A stretch of 24,000 bases of DNA, taken from assembly GCA_031277395.1 (NCBI GenBank), contig JAITML010000038.1, forward strand, positions 36,171 to 60,170. The letters run 5' to 3'. Below the pieces are notes generated by a model. It was not told the DNA's origin, made no database searches, and was given only the letters and a program-made list of their open reading frames with translations. The first letter of the stretch is position 1, and each line of letters opens with the position of its first letter. This DNA is from Methylobacillus sp. GTDB taxonomy: Bacteria > Pseudomonadota > Gammaproteobacteria > Burkholderiales > Methylophilaceae. Position numbers and translations under genes: made by a program. This document shows positions 1 to 9,106 of this stretch, piece by piece.

Positions 1-1
1 A

Positions 2-625
2 TCCTTCATAGACCAGCGTTGCGAAAATCGCGTGCGCACCGTGAAAGAAGCCGGCCTTTCGGATACCGTGCAGCGCCTCATCATGCAACATATGGAGCAC
101 GTTGACGGCTCCGGCTCGCCAAGCAATCTGACTGGCGAGGAAATGGATCCGCTCGCCAAAGTACTATCCGTTGTGTACGCCTACAACAGCCTGTGCAATC
201 CAAATAATCCGGACAATGCGATGACGCCTTTTGAGGCAATCACGCATATGTACGCCACCGACCACGAAAAATACGATCCGCAAGCTCTCAGTCTGCTCAT
301 GAAAATGCTGGGAATATACCCGCCGGGCAGCATAGTGCAATTGTCGAATGGCACCTACAGCATTGTGCTGTCCATGAATCCGAACCAGCCGCAACTGCCG
401 ATCATGCGTGTCCACCATCCGACCATCCCGCGCGAAACGCCGCTGATGATTGATCTCAGCAAGGAAAGTGGCATCACCATGAAAAACTGCATGCCACCTC
501 ATGAATTGCCCAGGGAAGTTTTCGAATATCTGCGCCCAACCCGGCGCGTGAGTTATTACTTTGTGCCCAGAAAAATGCTGGATCAGCCTCTGCCGGGAAT
601 CGCCTGGGCGCACGCGCCACAGTAA
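2..625 (+). CDS. C-terminal part of an HD-GYP-like phosphohydrolase domain protein (5' end outside window)
   Basis: The frame is open to the window edge (SFIDQRCENRVRTVKEAG...), so the GTG at 32 need not be the true start. It has the HD-GYP-like segment 'QHMEHVDGSGSP...LTGEEMDPLAKVLSVVYAYNSL' followed by the typical 'YPPGSIVQLSNGTYSIVL' tail. Confidence 0.7.
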   Translation, partial: SFIDQRCENRVRTVKEAGLSDTVQRLIMQHMEHVDGSGSPSNLTGEEMDPLAKVLSVVYAYNSLCNPNNPDNAMTPFEAITHMYATDHEKYDPQALSLLMKMLGIYPPGSIVQLSNGTYSIVLSMNPNQPQLPIMRVHHPTIPRETPLMIDLSKESGITMKNCMPPHELPREVFEYLRPTRRVSYYFVPRKMLDQPLPGIAWAHAPQ

Positions 626-640
626 AACATCTCCTCCCTG

Positions 641-673
641 CCTCCGTGACAAGCCGTTGTCTGGAGGTTTTTT
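641..673 (+). terminator. Rho-independent terminator downstream of the HD-GYP-like gene
   Basis: CCTCC-GT-GACAA-GCCG-TTGTC-T-GGAGG followed by TTTTTT at 668-673. Confidence 0.85.
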
Positions 674-697
674 CCTCGCCTGCCAGGACTATTCACA

Positions 698-1417
698 CTA
701 AAACGGCAGAAATAACGCCGTCGCCAAACTCTGCGTGACGCTGACGATAAAACGCTGGGTTTTCTCCGCAAGCACGCTGGCATAAACATCCAGCCGCCCG
801 ATGATTTTGCCGAACTCACGTTCAAAACTCAGATTGCGCTCATTCTCGTTTTGCTCATTGGTGAGCAGCAAAAGTTGTCCGTTCTGATCCCGCGTGTTCG
901 AAAGCTTCCAGACGGCGATTTCGACATTACGCGCCGCGTTGTAGAGCATCTGCGGATCAATGCTGTCGGTGAAATAAAACTCGGTCTTGCCGCCATGCGC
1001 CTTGATGAACATGGTCTGCAGGCCGACGATGAACGGCAACACGCGATCCCCGGTATATTCAGGCTTGAACGCGAGATAAATCGCATCCGTCCCCTGCATT
1101 CCGTTAATCGCCTTGAATTTCCAGTTCTGCCCGCCATCGAACACCCAATCCGCCATCTCCTCCGCCGTGCCAGACGTACTCTTGGCCAACTCATGCGGAT
1201 TGCGTTTGTAGAGTTTGATCATCAGCAGCTTGAGGCTTTTGGTATTCTCGCGCATCTCGATATCGCCCATGCGATCCAGATCCATCTTCCCCAATTGGCT
1301 GGGCGAATTGTGATCCTGCTCATGCGGAACCTGCTTGCCGTTGACGGCAGGCGTGGAAGTGGCGCATGCGGCGAGCAAGGCGCAAGACATGACGATGACA
1401 AGGCTGGCGGTTCTGAT
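698..1417 (-). CDS. Putative lipoprotein (start uncertain; track ORF runs 1531..698)
   Basis: Signal/lipobox 'KIRTASLVIVMSCALLAACATSTP'. A Shine-Dalgarno-like AAAGGGAG sits about 7 nt before an in-frame ATC at 1417. The first downstream in-frame ATG is at 1390. Confidence 0.65.
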   Translation of the reverse strand: MRTASLVIVMSCALLAACATSTPAVNGKQVPHEQDHNSPSQLGKMDLDRMGDIEMRENTKSLKLLMIKLYKRNPHELAKSTSGTAEEMADWVFDGGQNWKFKAINGMQGTDAIYLAFKPEYTGDRVLPFIVGLQTMFIKAHGGKTEFYFTDSIDPQMLYNAARNVEIAVWKLSNTRDQNGQLLLLTNEQNENERNLSFEREFGKIIGRLDVYASVLAEKTQRFIVSVTQSLATALFLPF

Positions 1418-1552
1418 TTTGCATTCTCCCTTTACAGGTAACAGTATTACCCGGCACGACCATTTTGTGAACTGGGTATGCATCCGATACCGGGATATTT
1501 GGGCTAGAATGATCGCACGGAATGAGAACAACGCAATAGCAGGAAAATTACC

Positions 1553-2884
1553 ATGTTTCGAATGTTGCGCAATAACGCAGAAAAGCGCCCGAATCCGGTT
1601 TCATGCGACGAATCGCCCTCACCTGCCGGAAATATCATACCCTCGATTCCGGTAAGTCCTCCAAATGCCACTCGTCGCATGCTCGTGATGGGAGGACTTG
1701 CAGGAATGTTGGGTTTGCTCACAAAAGGCTGTGTCTCCGTCAATAAACCCACTGCAACAACGCCTGCCGCACAAGCCATTGACCTCGCCAGCATCCCGCG
1801 AGGAGCCGTGGCGCAACTGATTGCAGGCAATCTTTCGTCCGCGCTGCGCGACGTCGGCTATCCGGCTGACTGGTTTCTCGCCAATCTGCTGGCCCTGGGT
1901 CTTCAAGGCAAGCCACCGAAACTGTACAGACACATTTCAGGCGGCAAAACTCTTGCCGATTTTGCGGAAGATCATTTTGACGTCATAGCCAACAGCTATA
2001 CGTTTCTGGTGAGCTACTACAACAAGGAGGTCGAGGGCTACCACATGTTTCTGTGGCATGGCGTCCGCATGAATGGCTTGCAGATAGTGGCGGCACTCGA
2101 TGAAAGTGTCACGTCCGAGGAAGCCTGGCATGCATGGCGTCAGGCTTACTTTTACTATGGCGAGAAATCCAAACCCGTGCTGACTTACGCGCCGGGACAC
2201 CATGGCTGGTCTGCCTGGGAAGCGGCGCTGCAACTGATCGCCACGCCTGAAGCCAAGGCGATCTGGTTGACCAGCGCCGATGCGCCGAATTTTCCCAGCG
2301 ACAATTTATCCAACGAAGTCGGTGTGCAGCTGGTGCTTGGCCATCCGGCTTATGACAGCGGACGCAAGCCGCTGGCCTACTTCAGCGCGGTAGCAGTGGC
2401 GCTTTATGTGGATTCCGCGCCAATGGCTCTGCAGTCGGCGATACAACAGGCTTTGAGCGATACCGGCCTCAATGCCAAAGACATTGGCAGCATCGTGCAT
2501 GACTCCGGCAGGGGGATGGGCAAAGGAAAACTCAACGAGGAAGCCAGAAAACGCCAAGGCGTCATCAATGGCACGATGCAGATGCTGTTCCCGAACATCA
2601 ACCCGCTCACCAACGTTATTGATCTCAGTTCCACCTTTGGCGATCTGGGTGCGAGCACGGTCAACCTTTCACTTCTGATCGGCGCTTTTGCCTGCCATGA
2701 AAGAAAGCATCCGGTGCTTTACATGAGCGTTCGCGATCCGGGCATGGCTCGGGCGCTGGTGATCCTGCCATCGCCTGAATATTCGGAAACGGATATGGCG
2801 CGACGCTGGCGCCCGGTCAATCAAAGATCGTTCTGGAGCCGCTCCTGGTGGGGGCAACGCCGGGATGGCAAGCCGGATTATTGA
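1553..2884 (+). CDS. Hypothetical protein, 443 aa, possible exported protein with weak thiolase/ketosynthase-fold resemblance
   Basis: Long ORF. N-terminal region 'NATRRMLVMGGLAGMLGLLTKGC' resembles a Tat/lipoprotein-type leader. C-terminal text 'STFGDLGASTVNLSLLIGAFACHERKHPVLYMSVRDPGMARALVILP' is loosely KAS-like. An alternative start is ATG 1679. Confidence 0.6.
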   Translation: MFRMLRNNAEKRPNPVSCDESPSPAGNIIPSIPVSPPNATRRMLVMGGLAGMLGLLTKGCVSVNKPTATTPAAQAIDLASIPRGAVAQLIAGNLSSALRDVGYPADWFLANLLALGLQGKPPKLYRHISGGKTLADFAEDHFDVIANSYTFLVSYYNKEVEGYHMFLWHGVRMNGLQIVAALDESVTSEEAWHAWRQAYFYYGEKSKPVLTYAPGHHGWSAWEAALQLIATPEAKAIWLTSADAPNFPSDNLSNEVGVQLVLGHPAYDSGRKPLAYFSAVAVALYVDSAPMALQSAIQQALSDTGLNAKDIGSIVHDSGRGMGKGKLNEEARKRQGVINGTMQMLFPNINPLTNVIDLSSTFGDLGASTVNLSLLIGAFACHERKHPVLYMSVRDPGMARALVILPSPEYSETDMARRWRPVNQRSFWSRSWWGQRRDGKPDY

Positions 2885-2941
2885 GATCGAAATTGTCAGC
2901 AAAACCAAATCATGCCTATTCACGTTTGGAGAAAATCCGCC

Positions 2942-4390
2942 ATGCTTCAAATACTACGCCACGGCATAGCTCTGCTCTTGATCGGAGTTGTTCTGATGGC
3001 ACAGGCGCAAGATTCCGGTAACGCGCAGGAGCGATCCATGCCACCCGGCGAGCAGTACAGCACCGCTCGCAGCTATCACCGCGTGGGGAACTATGAGAAA
3101 GCCGCCATCTGGTACCGCAAGGCGGCGGAACAAGGACGATCCGACGCGCAGTATTATCTTGCCGAGTTTTACAGAACGGGCACGGGTGTTCCACAAGACT
3201 ACAAACAGGCGCTCTTCTGGTATCGCAAATCGGCTGAGCAGAAAGACGACAAGCAGAACGATTATGAAAGCGGATTGGCGCTAGCCACTCTGGGATATTT
3301 GTACACCAATGTCGAAAGCGTACGAGATTACAAGGAAGCCGCTTACTGGTATCGCAAGGCTGCCGATTGGGGAGATCCGTCCGCAATGTCAGGCTTGGGC
3401 ATGCTGTATTACAACGGGCAAGGCGTTCCACAAAACTATGAAGAAGCTGCCTTTTGGTTTCGCAAGGCAAACGACGGAGGCCCGCTTGGCCATATCTATG
3501 AATACGGCCAGGGCGTCCCGCAAGACGATAATCTGGCGGCCTATTGGTATCGCAAAGCGGCCGAGGGACCTAATCCTTATTGGAATCGAGGCGAATCCGG
3601 CAATGCCCAAGCGCAGAACAATCTGGGAAATCTGTATTACGAAGGGCGCGGCGTTCCGGTGCAGGATTATGAGGAAGCCGCTTTCTGGTACCGCAAGGCG
3701 GCCGAACAGGGGGAACCCAATGCGCTCCTCAATCTAAGTGATATGTACGTTGCCAAACGGGTTGGATTTTCCGATGACGTATTGGCCTACATGCTTTTAT
3801 CGCTCGCCGCAGCCAAAGGAAAGGATGTTCAAAAAAGTTTGCGCGTTTTGGAATCGACATTATCCGCCGCGCAACTCAAGGAAGCTCGGGCACTGGCACA
3901 GCAATGGCAACCCGGCACACCGCTGCCGCTTATGAGCAAGACCGGTGGTTCCGCTACATTGTGGACCATGCTCGAAGTGCTCGCGCGGCAAATACCGATC
4001 ACAAAAGAGAAGATCGAGAGCAGCCTTTCGATAACACTGAATAAACAGGTTGATCCTGACGATAGCGCCAAACGTTTGTTCGTGAGTGACAAACTCGCCT
4101 TGAGGGATGGCGTAAAACTTGCACAGATCGAACTCGAATCTCGCTCCTCGCAGCTGACACTGGATATCGAAGGCGCTTGCATCAGCGAGGTGGAAGTCCG
4201 ACACTATTTCTCGATACAGGAATTAAATGCTTCCACCCACCCTCCCAGCAACTGGTTTGGCGGCAAGCTCAAAAGCCAAAGGGCATTCAGTACAAGCGAC
4301 TATAGAAACAAGCAACAGATAACCTGGTTTTTCGGTTTCATCAAACAGGGTGGCAGCGATTGCCTTGCCCAAGTTGCGATCCGCCCGTAA
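2942..4390 (+). CDS. Sel1-like (TPR) repeat secreted protein
   Basis: Signal peptide 'MLQILRHGIALLLIGVVLMAQAQ' and repeated 'A.YWYRKAAEQG...A...LG.LY..G.GVPQDYEEA' units. The track ORF begins at 2912. Confidence 0.85.
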   Translation: MLQILRHGIALLLIGVVLMAQAQDSGNAQERSMPPGEQYSTARSYHRVGNYEKAAIWYRKAAEQGRSDAQYYLAEFYRTGTGVPQDYKQALFWYRKSAEQKDDKQNDYESGLALATLGYLYTNVESVRDYKEAAYWYRKAADWGDPSAMSGLGMLYYNGQGVPQNYEEAAFWFRKANDGGPLGHIYEYGQGVPQDDNLAAYWYRKAAEGPNPYWNRGESGNAQAQNNLGNLYYEGRGVPVQDYEEAAFWYRKAAEQGEPNALLNLSDMYVAKRVGFSDDVLAYMLLSLAAAKGKDVQKSLRVLESTLSAAQLKEARALAQQWQPGTPLPLMSKTGGSATLWTMLEVLARQIPITKEKIESSLSITLNKQVDPDDSAKRLFVSDKLALRDGVKLAQIELESRSSQLTLDIEGACISEVEVRHYFSIQELNASTHPPSNWFGGKLKSQRAFSTSDYRNKQQITWFFGFIKQGGSDCLAQVAIRP

Positions 4391-4432
4391 CATTGATCCG
4401 CGTCATCACTGGACACCACACAGGAGGATAAA

Positions 4433-4597
4433 ATGAAAAAATGGATGTGCAACGTATGTGGCTATATCTATAACGAAACCGAGGGCGATCCCGACGGTGG
4501 CATCCCGCCCGGCACTCGCTGGGAAGATATTCCTGCGGACTGGGTCTGCCCCGCCTGCGGCGTAGCCAAGAGCGATTTCGAGATGGTGGAATTTTAG
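4433..4597 (+). CDS. Rubredoxin (54 aa)
   Basis: Read directly: [54 protein letters not shown]. Two CxxC(G) motifs bind Fe. RBS AGGAGGA upstream. Absent from the ORF track because it is short. Confidence 0.95.
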   Translation: MKKWMCNVCGYIYNETEGDPDGGIPPGTRWEDIPADWVCPACGVAKSDFEMVEF

Positions 4598-4620
4598 GCA
4601 CGTTCAGCAAGCTGCAGCAT

Positions 4621-5037
4621 ATGGAGATCACCTGCTACCGCGACGACGCCTTTGCCAGCGAGTGGCGCACCCTGCCCGCTGAAATCTACAATCTTGCGAC
4701 GACTTTGCTGGCGCGCGCACCCGATGGGCAACTTTTCGTTCCAATTCGCACCATGCAAATGCTCACCATCATAGACCACGAGGAATTTGTATTCATCGAC
4801 GGCGAGCGCAAATGCTGGATAGACATTGCCTGGCGCAATTTCAAACCGCAAGAGCGCGAATCGCTGACCGCTCCCGTGTCATACGAAGCTGTTTATTACC
4901 GCCCTGAATCCGCCAACTACATGAACCAGCTACACAGCGAATTTCCATCCGCCCTGCAGCAACTTGCCGCTAAGGAAAAACCGGATGTATCGGCAAAAGT
5001 GCTGAAATTCCCGACGCAGAAAAATCCTGCTTGTTGA
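4621..5037 (+). CDS. Hypothetical protein, 138 aa
   Basis: Intact ORF MEITCYRDDAFASEWRTLPAEIYNL..., compact neighbour of rubredoxin, convergent with the cbb cluster. Confidence 0.6.
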   Translation: MEITCYRDDAFASEWRTLPAEIYNLATTLLARAPDGQLFVPIRTMQMLTIIDHEEFVFIDGERKCWIDIAWRNFKPQERESLTAPVSYEAVYYRPESANYMNQLHSEFPSALQQLAAKEKPDVSAKVLKFPTQKNPAC

Positions 5038-5044
5038 TATTTGT

Positions 5045-5341
5045 TCACTCATCCTCTCCCAATTCCGGATTCCATCCCGCATTTCTTCCTCGTTCCATTG
5101 CCGCTTCGTAGATTCGCGCGTGTTTTTCGCGCAGCGCGGGTGGGAGTTGTCCGGGTAAATGCGCGTGAGGTTCCCAGGCAGCATAAACTTTTTCGTAGAG
5201 ATTCTGCATTTGCGCCGCGTTCCATCCGGCGCAGGTTTCGCTTTCGGGGATGAGGTCAAACAGCCAGCCGTCCATGACGATACGGCCAAGATGCGTCAGG
5301 CCGCCATTGGTGTCCAGGTCGATACCGATATAGGTTTCCAT
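5045..5341 (-). CDS. Hypothetical protein, 98 aa, distal gene of the cbb cluster
   Basis: ORF METYIGIDLDTNGGLTHLGRIVMDGWLFDLIPESETCAG..., co-directional with and 15 nt downstream of cbbO. Confidence 0.6.
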   Translation of the reverse strand: METYIGIDLDTNGGLTHLGRIVMDGWLFDLIPESETCAGWNAAQMQNLYEKVYAAWEPHAHLPGQLPPALREKHARIYEAAMERGRNAGWNPELGEDE

Positions 5342-5356
5342 GTATTACCTCGTTGC

Positions 5357-7708
5357 TTATCTTGTCAGGCCGGCATACAGCAGCGGCAGTTTTTCAGGCA
5401 GACGCTCCACGCGATCAATCACCATGTAATTGCGTGTACCGAAAATGCGCGAAACATATTGATCGGCGCGCGGATCAAGGCTCATGCAATATGTGACGAT
5501 CCCGCTGCGGCCAGCCTCCTCCACCGCTTTGCGTGTATCGTAGCGCAGATATTGCGGATCGCGCACATCAACATCAGCGGGCTCGCCATCCGTAATCACC
5601 AGCAGCAATTTTTTCGATGATTTCTGCTGACGCAAATGATAAGCCGCGTGACGAATCGCCGCGCCCATACGCGTGGATAGCTGGCCGGTCATGCCCGCGA
5701 GACGCGATTTCGGCAGCTCATTGTAAGGCTGGTCAAAATCCTTGAAACGGAAATAATCAACGTTGTGGCGACCGTCCGAACAGAAACCGTGAATCGCAAA
5801 TGGATCGCCCACTTTGCTGATTGCATCAGCGAGCAATACACAGGCTTGCCGTGTGAGTTCCAGCACGGTGAAATCCTGACCGCTTACTTTTTCGTTGGTG
5901 GACTCCGACAAATCGAGCAATACCATCACCGAAATGTCTCGCACCTTGCGTACCGAGCGCATCATGATGCGGGGATCGGGCTGCGCCCCCATGCGAATAT
6001 CCACCACACTCGCAATCGCTGCGTTGATGTCGATGTCGTCACCATCCTCCAGTTTGCGCATGCGTGTCACGCCTTGCGGCTGCATCGCATCGAGCAAAAA
6101 TTTCATGCGCGAGATGATGCGCTTGTGCTGCGCGGTAATGGCATCTATCGCTTGCAAATCACCCGCCTTCGGGCGTTTTTCCAGCACCGTCGCCCAGCTT
6201 GGGCGCTCGAGCTGAATCTGGTAGTCCCATTCCGAATAATGAAACGGATCGGAGACTGGTTCCTTGCCTTCGAGTTCATTGAATGACTGGCCCATGTCCT
6301 CGTAAGGATAAAGCTCGGTGCCAAGCACCCAGATTTCTTCGGCATCGTCACCCGCGGTTTCCACGTCAGTCTCGTTCGCCATTTCCATCACATTGACGTA
6401 TTTGCGTACCTGCTTGACGGATTCGTAACCGGCGGCGATGGATTTGTCGAAGTCGAATTCTTCAAATTCCCAGAAGTAGCGGTTATCATCGAGATAGGGC
6501 GCTGTGAGTGTATCCGTGCGCGGATGAAACGGAATATTTTTTTCACGGAACGCATGCGCCAGTTCGACGCCGATATCCCAGGATAACTGGTTGTCATGCA
6601 AGCGCTCCATGTTCTGCCGGAACAGCGCCTTGCCCTGCGTAATCCACGCATCGTCGTCGTGATAGCCGGGATCGAGCAACGCACGCGCAAGCCGGTTAAG
6701 ATAGTCGCCCGCGCTCGCGGCTTGCTGCGGCGTGATGTTATGGAACTGCGACCACAATTGGCGCAAGCCGGGGAAACGGCGAATGGAAAGCGCCTCTACG
6801 CGCGCATCCTCGATCACGCTGATGACGGCCATTTGCCACGGGTTGAGCGCCTCGGCGGAAATCGGCATTCTGGTTTCCACCAAATGCGCTGCACAGTGCA
6901 CTGCCGCCGCACGATAAAGTTCATCGCCGCGCACGCCTTCGAAATCGTCATAGGCATCCGGCAAGTGCAGCAGATAACCTTCGATGAACGGCTTGTAACC
7001 TTCGCGCGTTTCAAAGTCGCCCGAAGTCGGCCGCATGAAAAAATCCCGCCCCCACAAGGCGCGCAAATACATGTTGATACGCCGCTGCACATCGACAAAC
7101 AACGTGCCTTTGCGCTCCTTTTGCAGCATCGCCTGGGATTCTTTTGATTCCAGACCGAAATAACGTATCTGCTCTTCAAAATCGGTTTTATACGCATGAG
7201 CGCCCCACAGCGCCCAGCGCCGCAGGCCGCCCAAGGTAAGATGGGCGAACAACGCTTCCAGTTTGAGCAGCATGGGTCGCAAGCCGCGCGGCGCTTGCGC
7301 GAGAAGCACATTGAGCAATTGCAGATAACCACGAAACAGCGCCGTGTCTCCCAGACGCCGCGCGGCTTCGGGAGCGGTGCCAACCACTGCTTCCAACACC
7401 ATGCCGGAAGTTTTGGAGGCCATCATCATCACGGTTTGCACAAGCTCCGCAACCGCATCTTCGCCGATTTCACGCGCGATCTGTGGCGCGGCACCGATGA
7501 AAGCATCGACCAGTTCCGGCCCCTTGCCCAATCGTTTCAGGCGCTGCGCGCCGGCAAGATAATCTTCCAATCCCTTGGGTGTGAACACGCGCGCAACTTC
7601 ATGCCAGGTTGCGCGCAACCGGGATGCAGACTCTACGCCCAGTTCCTGCAACAGATCGGCATGATCTACAAGATTGGCAGTCATCGTGATGCGATTATCA
7701 TTGGTCAT
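5357..7708 (-). CDS. cbbO: RuBisCO activation protein CbbO (VWA-domain, NorD-like)
   Basis: 783 aa. C-terminal VWA domain with MIDAS 'LLDLSESTNEK' and 'LLLVITDGEPADVDVRDPQYLRYDTRKAV'. Adjacent to cbbQ. Confidence 0.92.
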   Translation of the reverse strand: MTNDNRITMTANLVDHADLLQELGVESASRLRATWHEVARVFTPKGLEDYLAGAQRLKRLGKGPELVDAFIGAAPQIAREIGEDAVAELVQTVMMMASKTSGMVLEAVVGTAPEAARRLGDTALFRGYLQLLNVLLAQAPRGLRPMLLKLEALFAHLTLGGLRRWALWGAHAYKTDFEEQIRYFGLESKESQAMLQKERKGTLFVDVQRRINMYLRALWGRDFFMRPTSGDFETREGYKPFIEGYLLHLPDAYDDFEGVRGDELYRAAAVHCAAHLVETRMPISAEALNPWQMAVISVIEDARVEALSIRRFPGLRQLWSQFHNITPQQAASAGDYLNRLARALLDPGYHDDDAWITQGKALFRQNMERLHDNQLSWDIGVELAHAFREKNIPFHPRTDTLTAPYLDDNRYFWEFEEFDFDKSIAAGYESVKQVRKYVNVMEMANETDVETAGDDAEEIWVLGTELYPYEDMGQSFNELEGKEPVSDPFHYSEWDYQIQLERPSWATVLEKRPKAGDLQAIDAITAQHKRIISRMKFLLDAMQPQGVTRMRKLEDGDDIDINAAIASVVDIRMGAQPDPRIMMRSVRKVRDISVMVLLDLSESTNEKVSGQDFTVLELTRQACVLLADAISKVGDPFAIHGFCSDGRHNVDYFRFKDFDQPYNELPKSRLAGMTGQLSTRMGAAIRHAAYHLRQQKSSKKLLLVITDGEPADVDVRDPQYLRYDTRKAVEEAGRSGIVTYCMSLDPRADQYVSRIFGTRNYMVIDRVERLPEKLPLLYAGLTR

Positions 7709-7742
7709 TCACCCTTGGGCAGACTCAGGGCAAACGATAATT

Positions 7743-8549
7743 TCAGTTGAAAAAAGTCGTCACTGCGGCATCCAGCGCGTCACGCATATCCGGATCGTCC
7801 GTGATCGGGCGCACAAGCGCCATGCTGCATGCAGAAATCGGTGCGACGCCTTTGCTGATGAGATTGCCCGCGTAAACCAGCATGCGCGTGGATATGCCTT
7901 CGTCAAGACCGTGACCTTTGAGGTTGCGCGCGCGCTCCGCAATCGAAACCAGTTTTTCGGCAATGTCTTTTTCCACGCCGGATTCGTGCATGACGATTTC
8001 AACTTCAATCGCAGCTTCCGGGTAGCCGAAATCCAGCGCGCCAAAACGTTGCTTGGTGGATTGTTTCAAATCCTTCATCAACGATTGATAGCCCGGATTA
8101 TAGGAAATCACCAATTGAAAGTCGGGATGCGCATGCACCAACTCGCCCTTTTTTTCGAGCGGCAACACACGGCGATTGTCGGTCAGCGGATGGATGACTA
8201 CCGTAGTATCCTGACGCGCTTCGACCACTTCGTCCAGATAAACAATCGCGCCATGACGAGCGGCCGTGGCAAGCGGCCCGTCCTGCCAGCGCGTGCCGTC
8301 GGCATCGAGCAGAAAACGACCGACCAGATCGGATGCGGTCATGTCTTCGTTGCATGCCACGGTAATCAAGGGCTTGCCCAGTTTCCACGCCATGTATTCC
8401 ACAAAACGCGTTTTGCCGCAGCCAGTCGGGCCTTTCAGCATCATCGGCATGCGCACGGAATAAGCGGCCTCATACAGCGCAACTTCATCCGCCACCGCGC
8501 GGTAATACGGTTCCTTTTTGATTTTGTACTGCTGAATCACATCACTCAT
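7743..8549 (-). CDS. cbbQ: RuBisCO activation protein CbbQ, AAA+ ATPase (NirQ/NorQ family)
   Basis: Walker A 'GPTGCGKT', Walker B 'IVYLDEV', '[13 protein letters not shown]'. Next to cbbO. Confidence 0.95.
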   Translation of the reverse strand: MSDVIQQYKIKKEPYYRAVADEVALYEAAYSVRMPMMLKGPTGCGKTRFVEYMAWKLGKPLITVACNEDMTASDLVGRFLLDADGTRWQDGPLATAARHGAIVYLDEVVEARQDTTVVIHPLTDNRRVLPLEKKGELVHAHPDFQLVISYNPGYQSLMKDLKQSTKQRFGALDFGYPEAAIEVEIVMHESGVEKDIAEKLVSIAERARNLKGHGLDEGISTRMLVYAGNLISKGVAPISACSMALVRPITDDPDMRDALDAAVTTFFN

Positions 8550-8585
8550 CCTGGCTTCTCTTTCTGGTTTCTCTTCCTGAAAATT

Positions 8586-9056
8586 TCATGGCTCTTCGGT
8601 CACCAACTCAATCCAGACATGAAATACCGGGATCTCAGACCATTTGGCGCGGGTATTGGCCAGCGTTTCCTCAGAAGCCATGTGGAGCATGTATTCCCGC
8701 CCTTTTTTATCCTTGAACCACACTTCTCTTGCCGACCATCCACAGCACTCGAAGCGCAGTTTTTTCAGCCCGAAAGATTTGGCCAGACTCGCTTCCACAC
8801 CGGCTGCATCACGCCCGCTCACGCTATAGCGCGCGACCAGAGGTTTGAGCTGTTCGTCCGCATGATACTCGCACCGCTCATAATTCAAATGCTTTGGTTT
8901 CTTGCCCAACTCGGCCAGAAAATCGCCGCAAACATAAATCGGCTCCTCTGCTTGCGCGTGCATAAGTCTGCCCGGCAGAAACGCGAATGCCGCACAAAGC
9001 AGCAGTGCTTTTGCAACAACCCATGCAGATTTTTTCATTTCCTGTATCGCAGACAT
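8586..9056 (-). CDS. Hypothetical exported protein with conserved-looking cysteines, located between cbbS and cbbQ
   Basis: ATG 9056 (the track start 9059 is TTG). Signal peptide 'MKKSAWVVAKALLLCAAFAFLPGRLMHAQA' then 'YVCGDFLAELGKKPKHLNYERCEYHADE...LRFECCGWSAREVWF'. Confidence 0.7.
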   Translation of the reverse strand: MSAIQEMKKSAWVVAKALLLCAAFAFLPGRLMHAQAEEPIYVCGDFLAELGKKPKHLNYERCEYHADEQLKPLVARYSVSGRDAAGVEASLAKSFGLKKLRFECCGWSAREVWFKDKKGREYMLHMASEETLANTRAKWSEIPVFHVWIELVTEEP

Positions 9057-9060
9057 CAAT

Positions 9061-9092
9061 AAAAACCCCCATCACGCCAGGCGTAATGGGGG
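9061..9092 (-). terminator. Intrinsic terminator/attenuator immediately downstream of cbbS
   Basis: On the minus strand: CCCCCATTACGC-CTG-GCGTGATGGGGG-TTTTT. 12-bp stem with one G-U pair and a 3-nt loop, followed by a T tract. Confidence 0.88.
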
Positions 9093-9106
9093 TATGCGAA
9101 ACATCC

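Noticed and set aside
7674-9062. 462-aa plus-strand ORF across cbbQ and the hypothetical exported gene
   Set aside because: It is antisense to cbbQ (clear Walker motifs) and spans the cbbQ-hypothetical boundary. Low-complexity composition.
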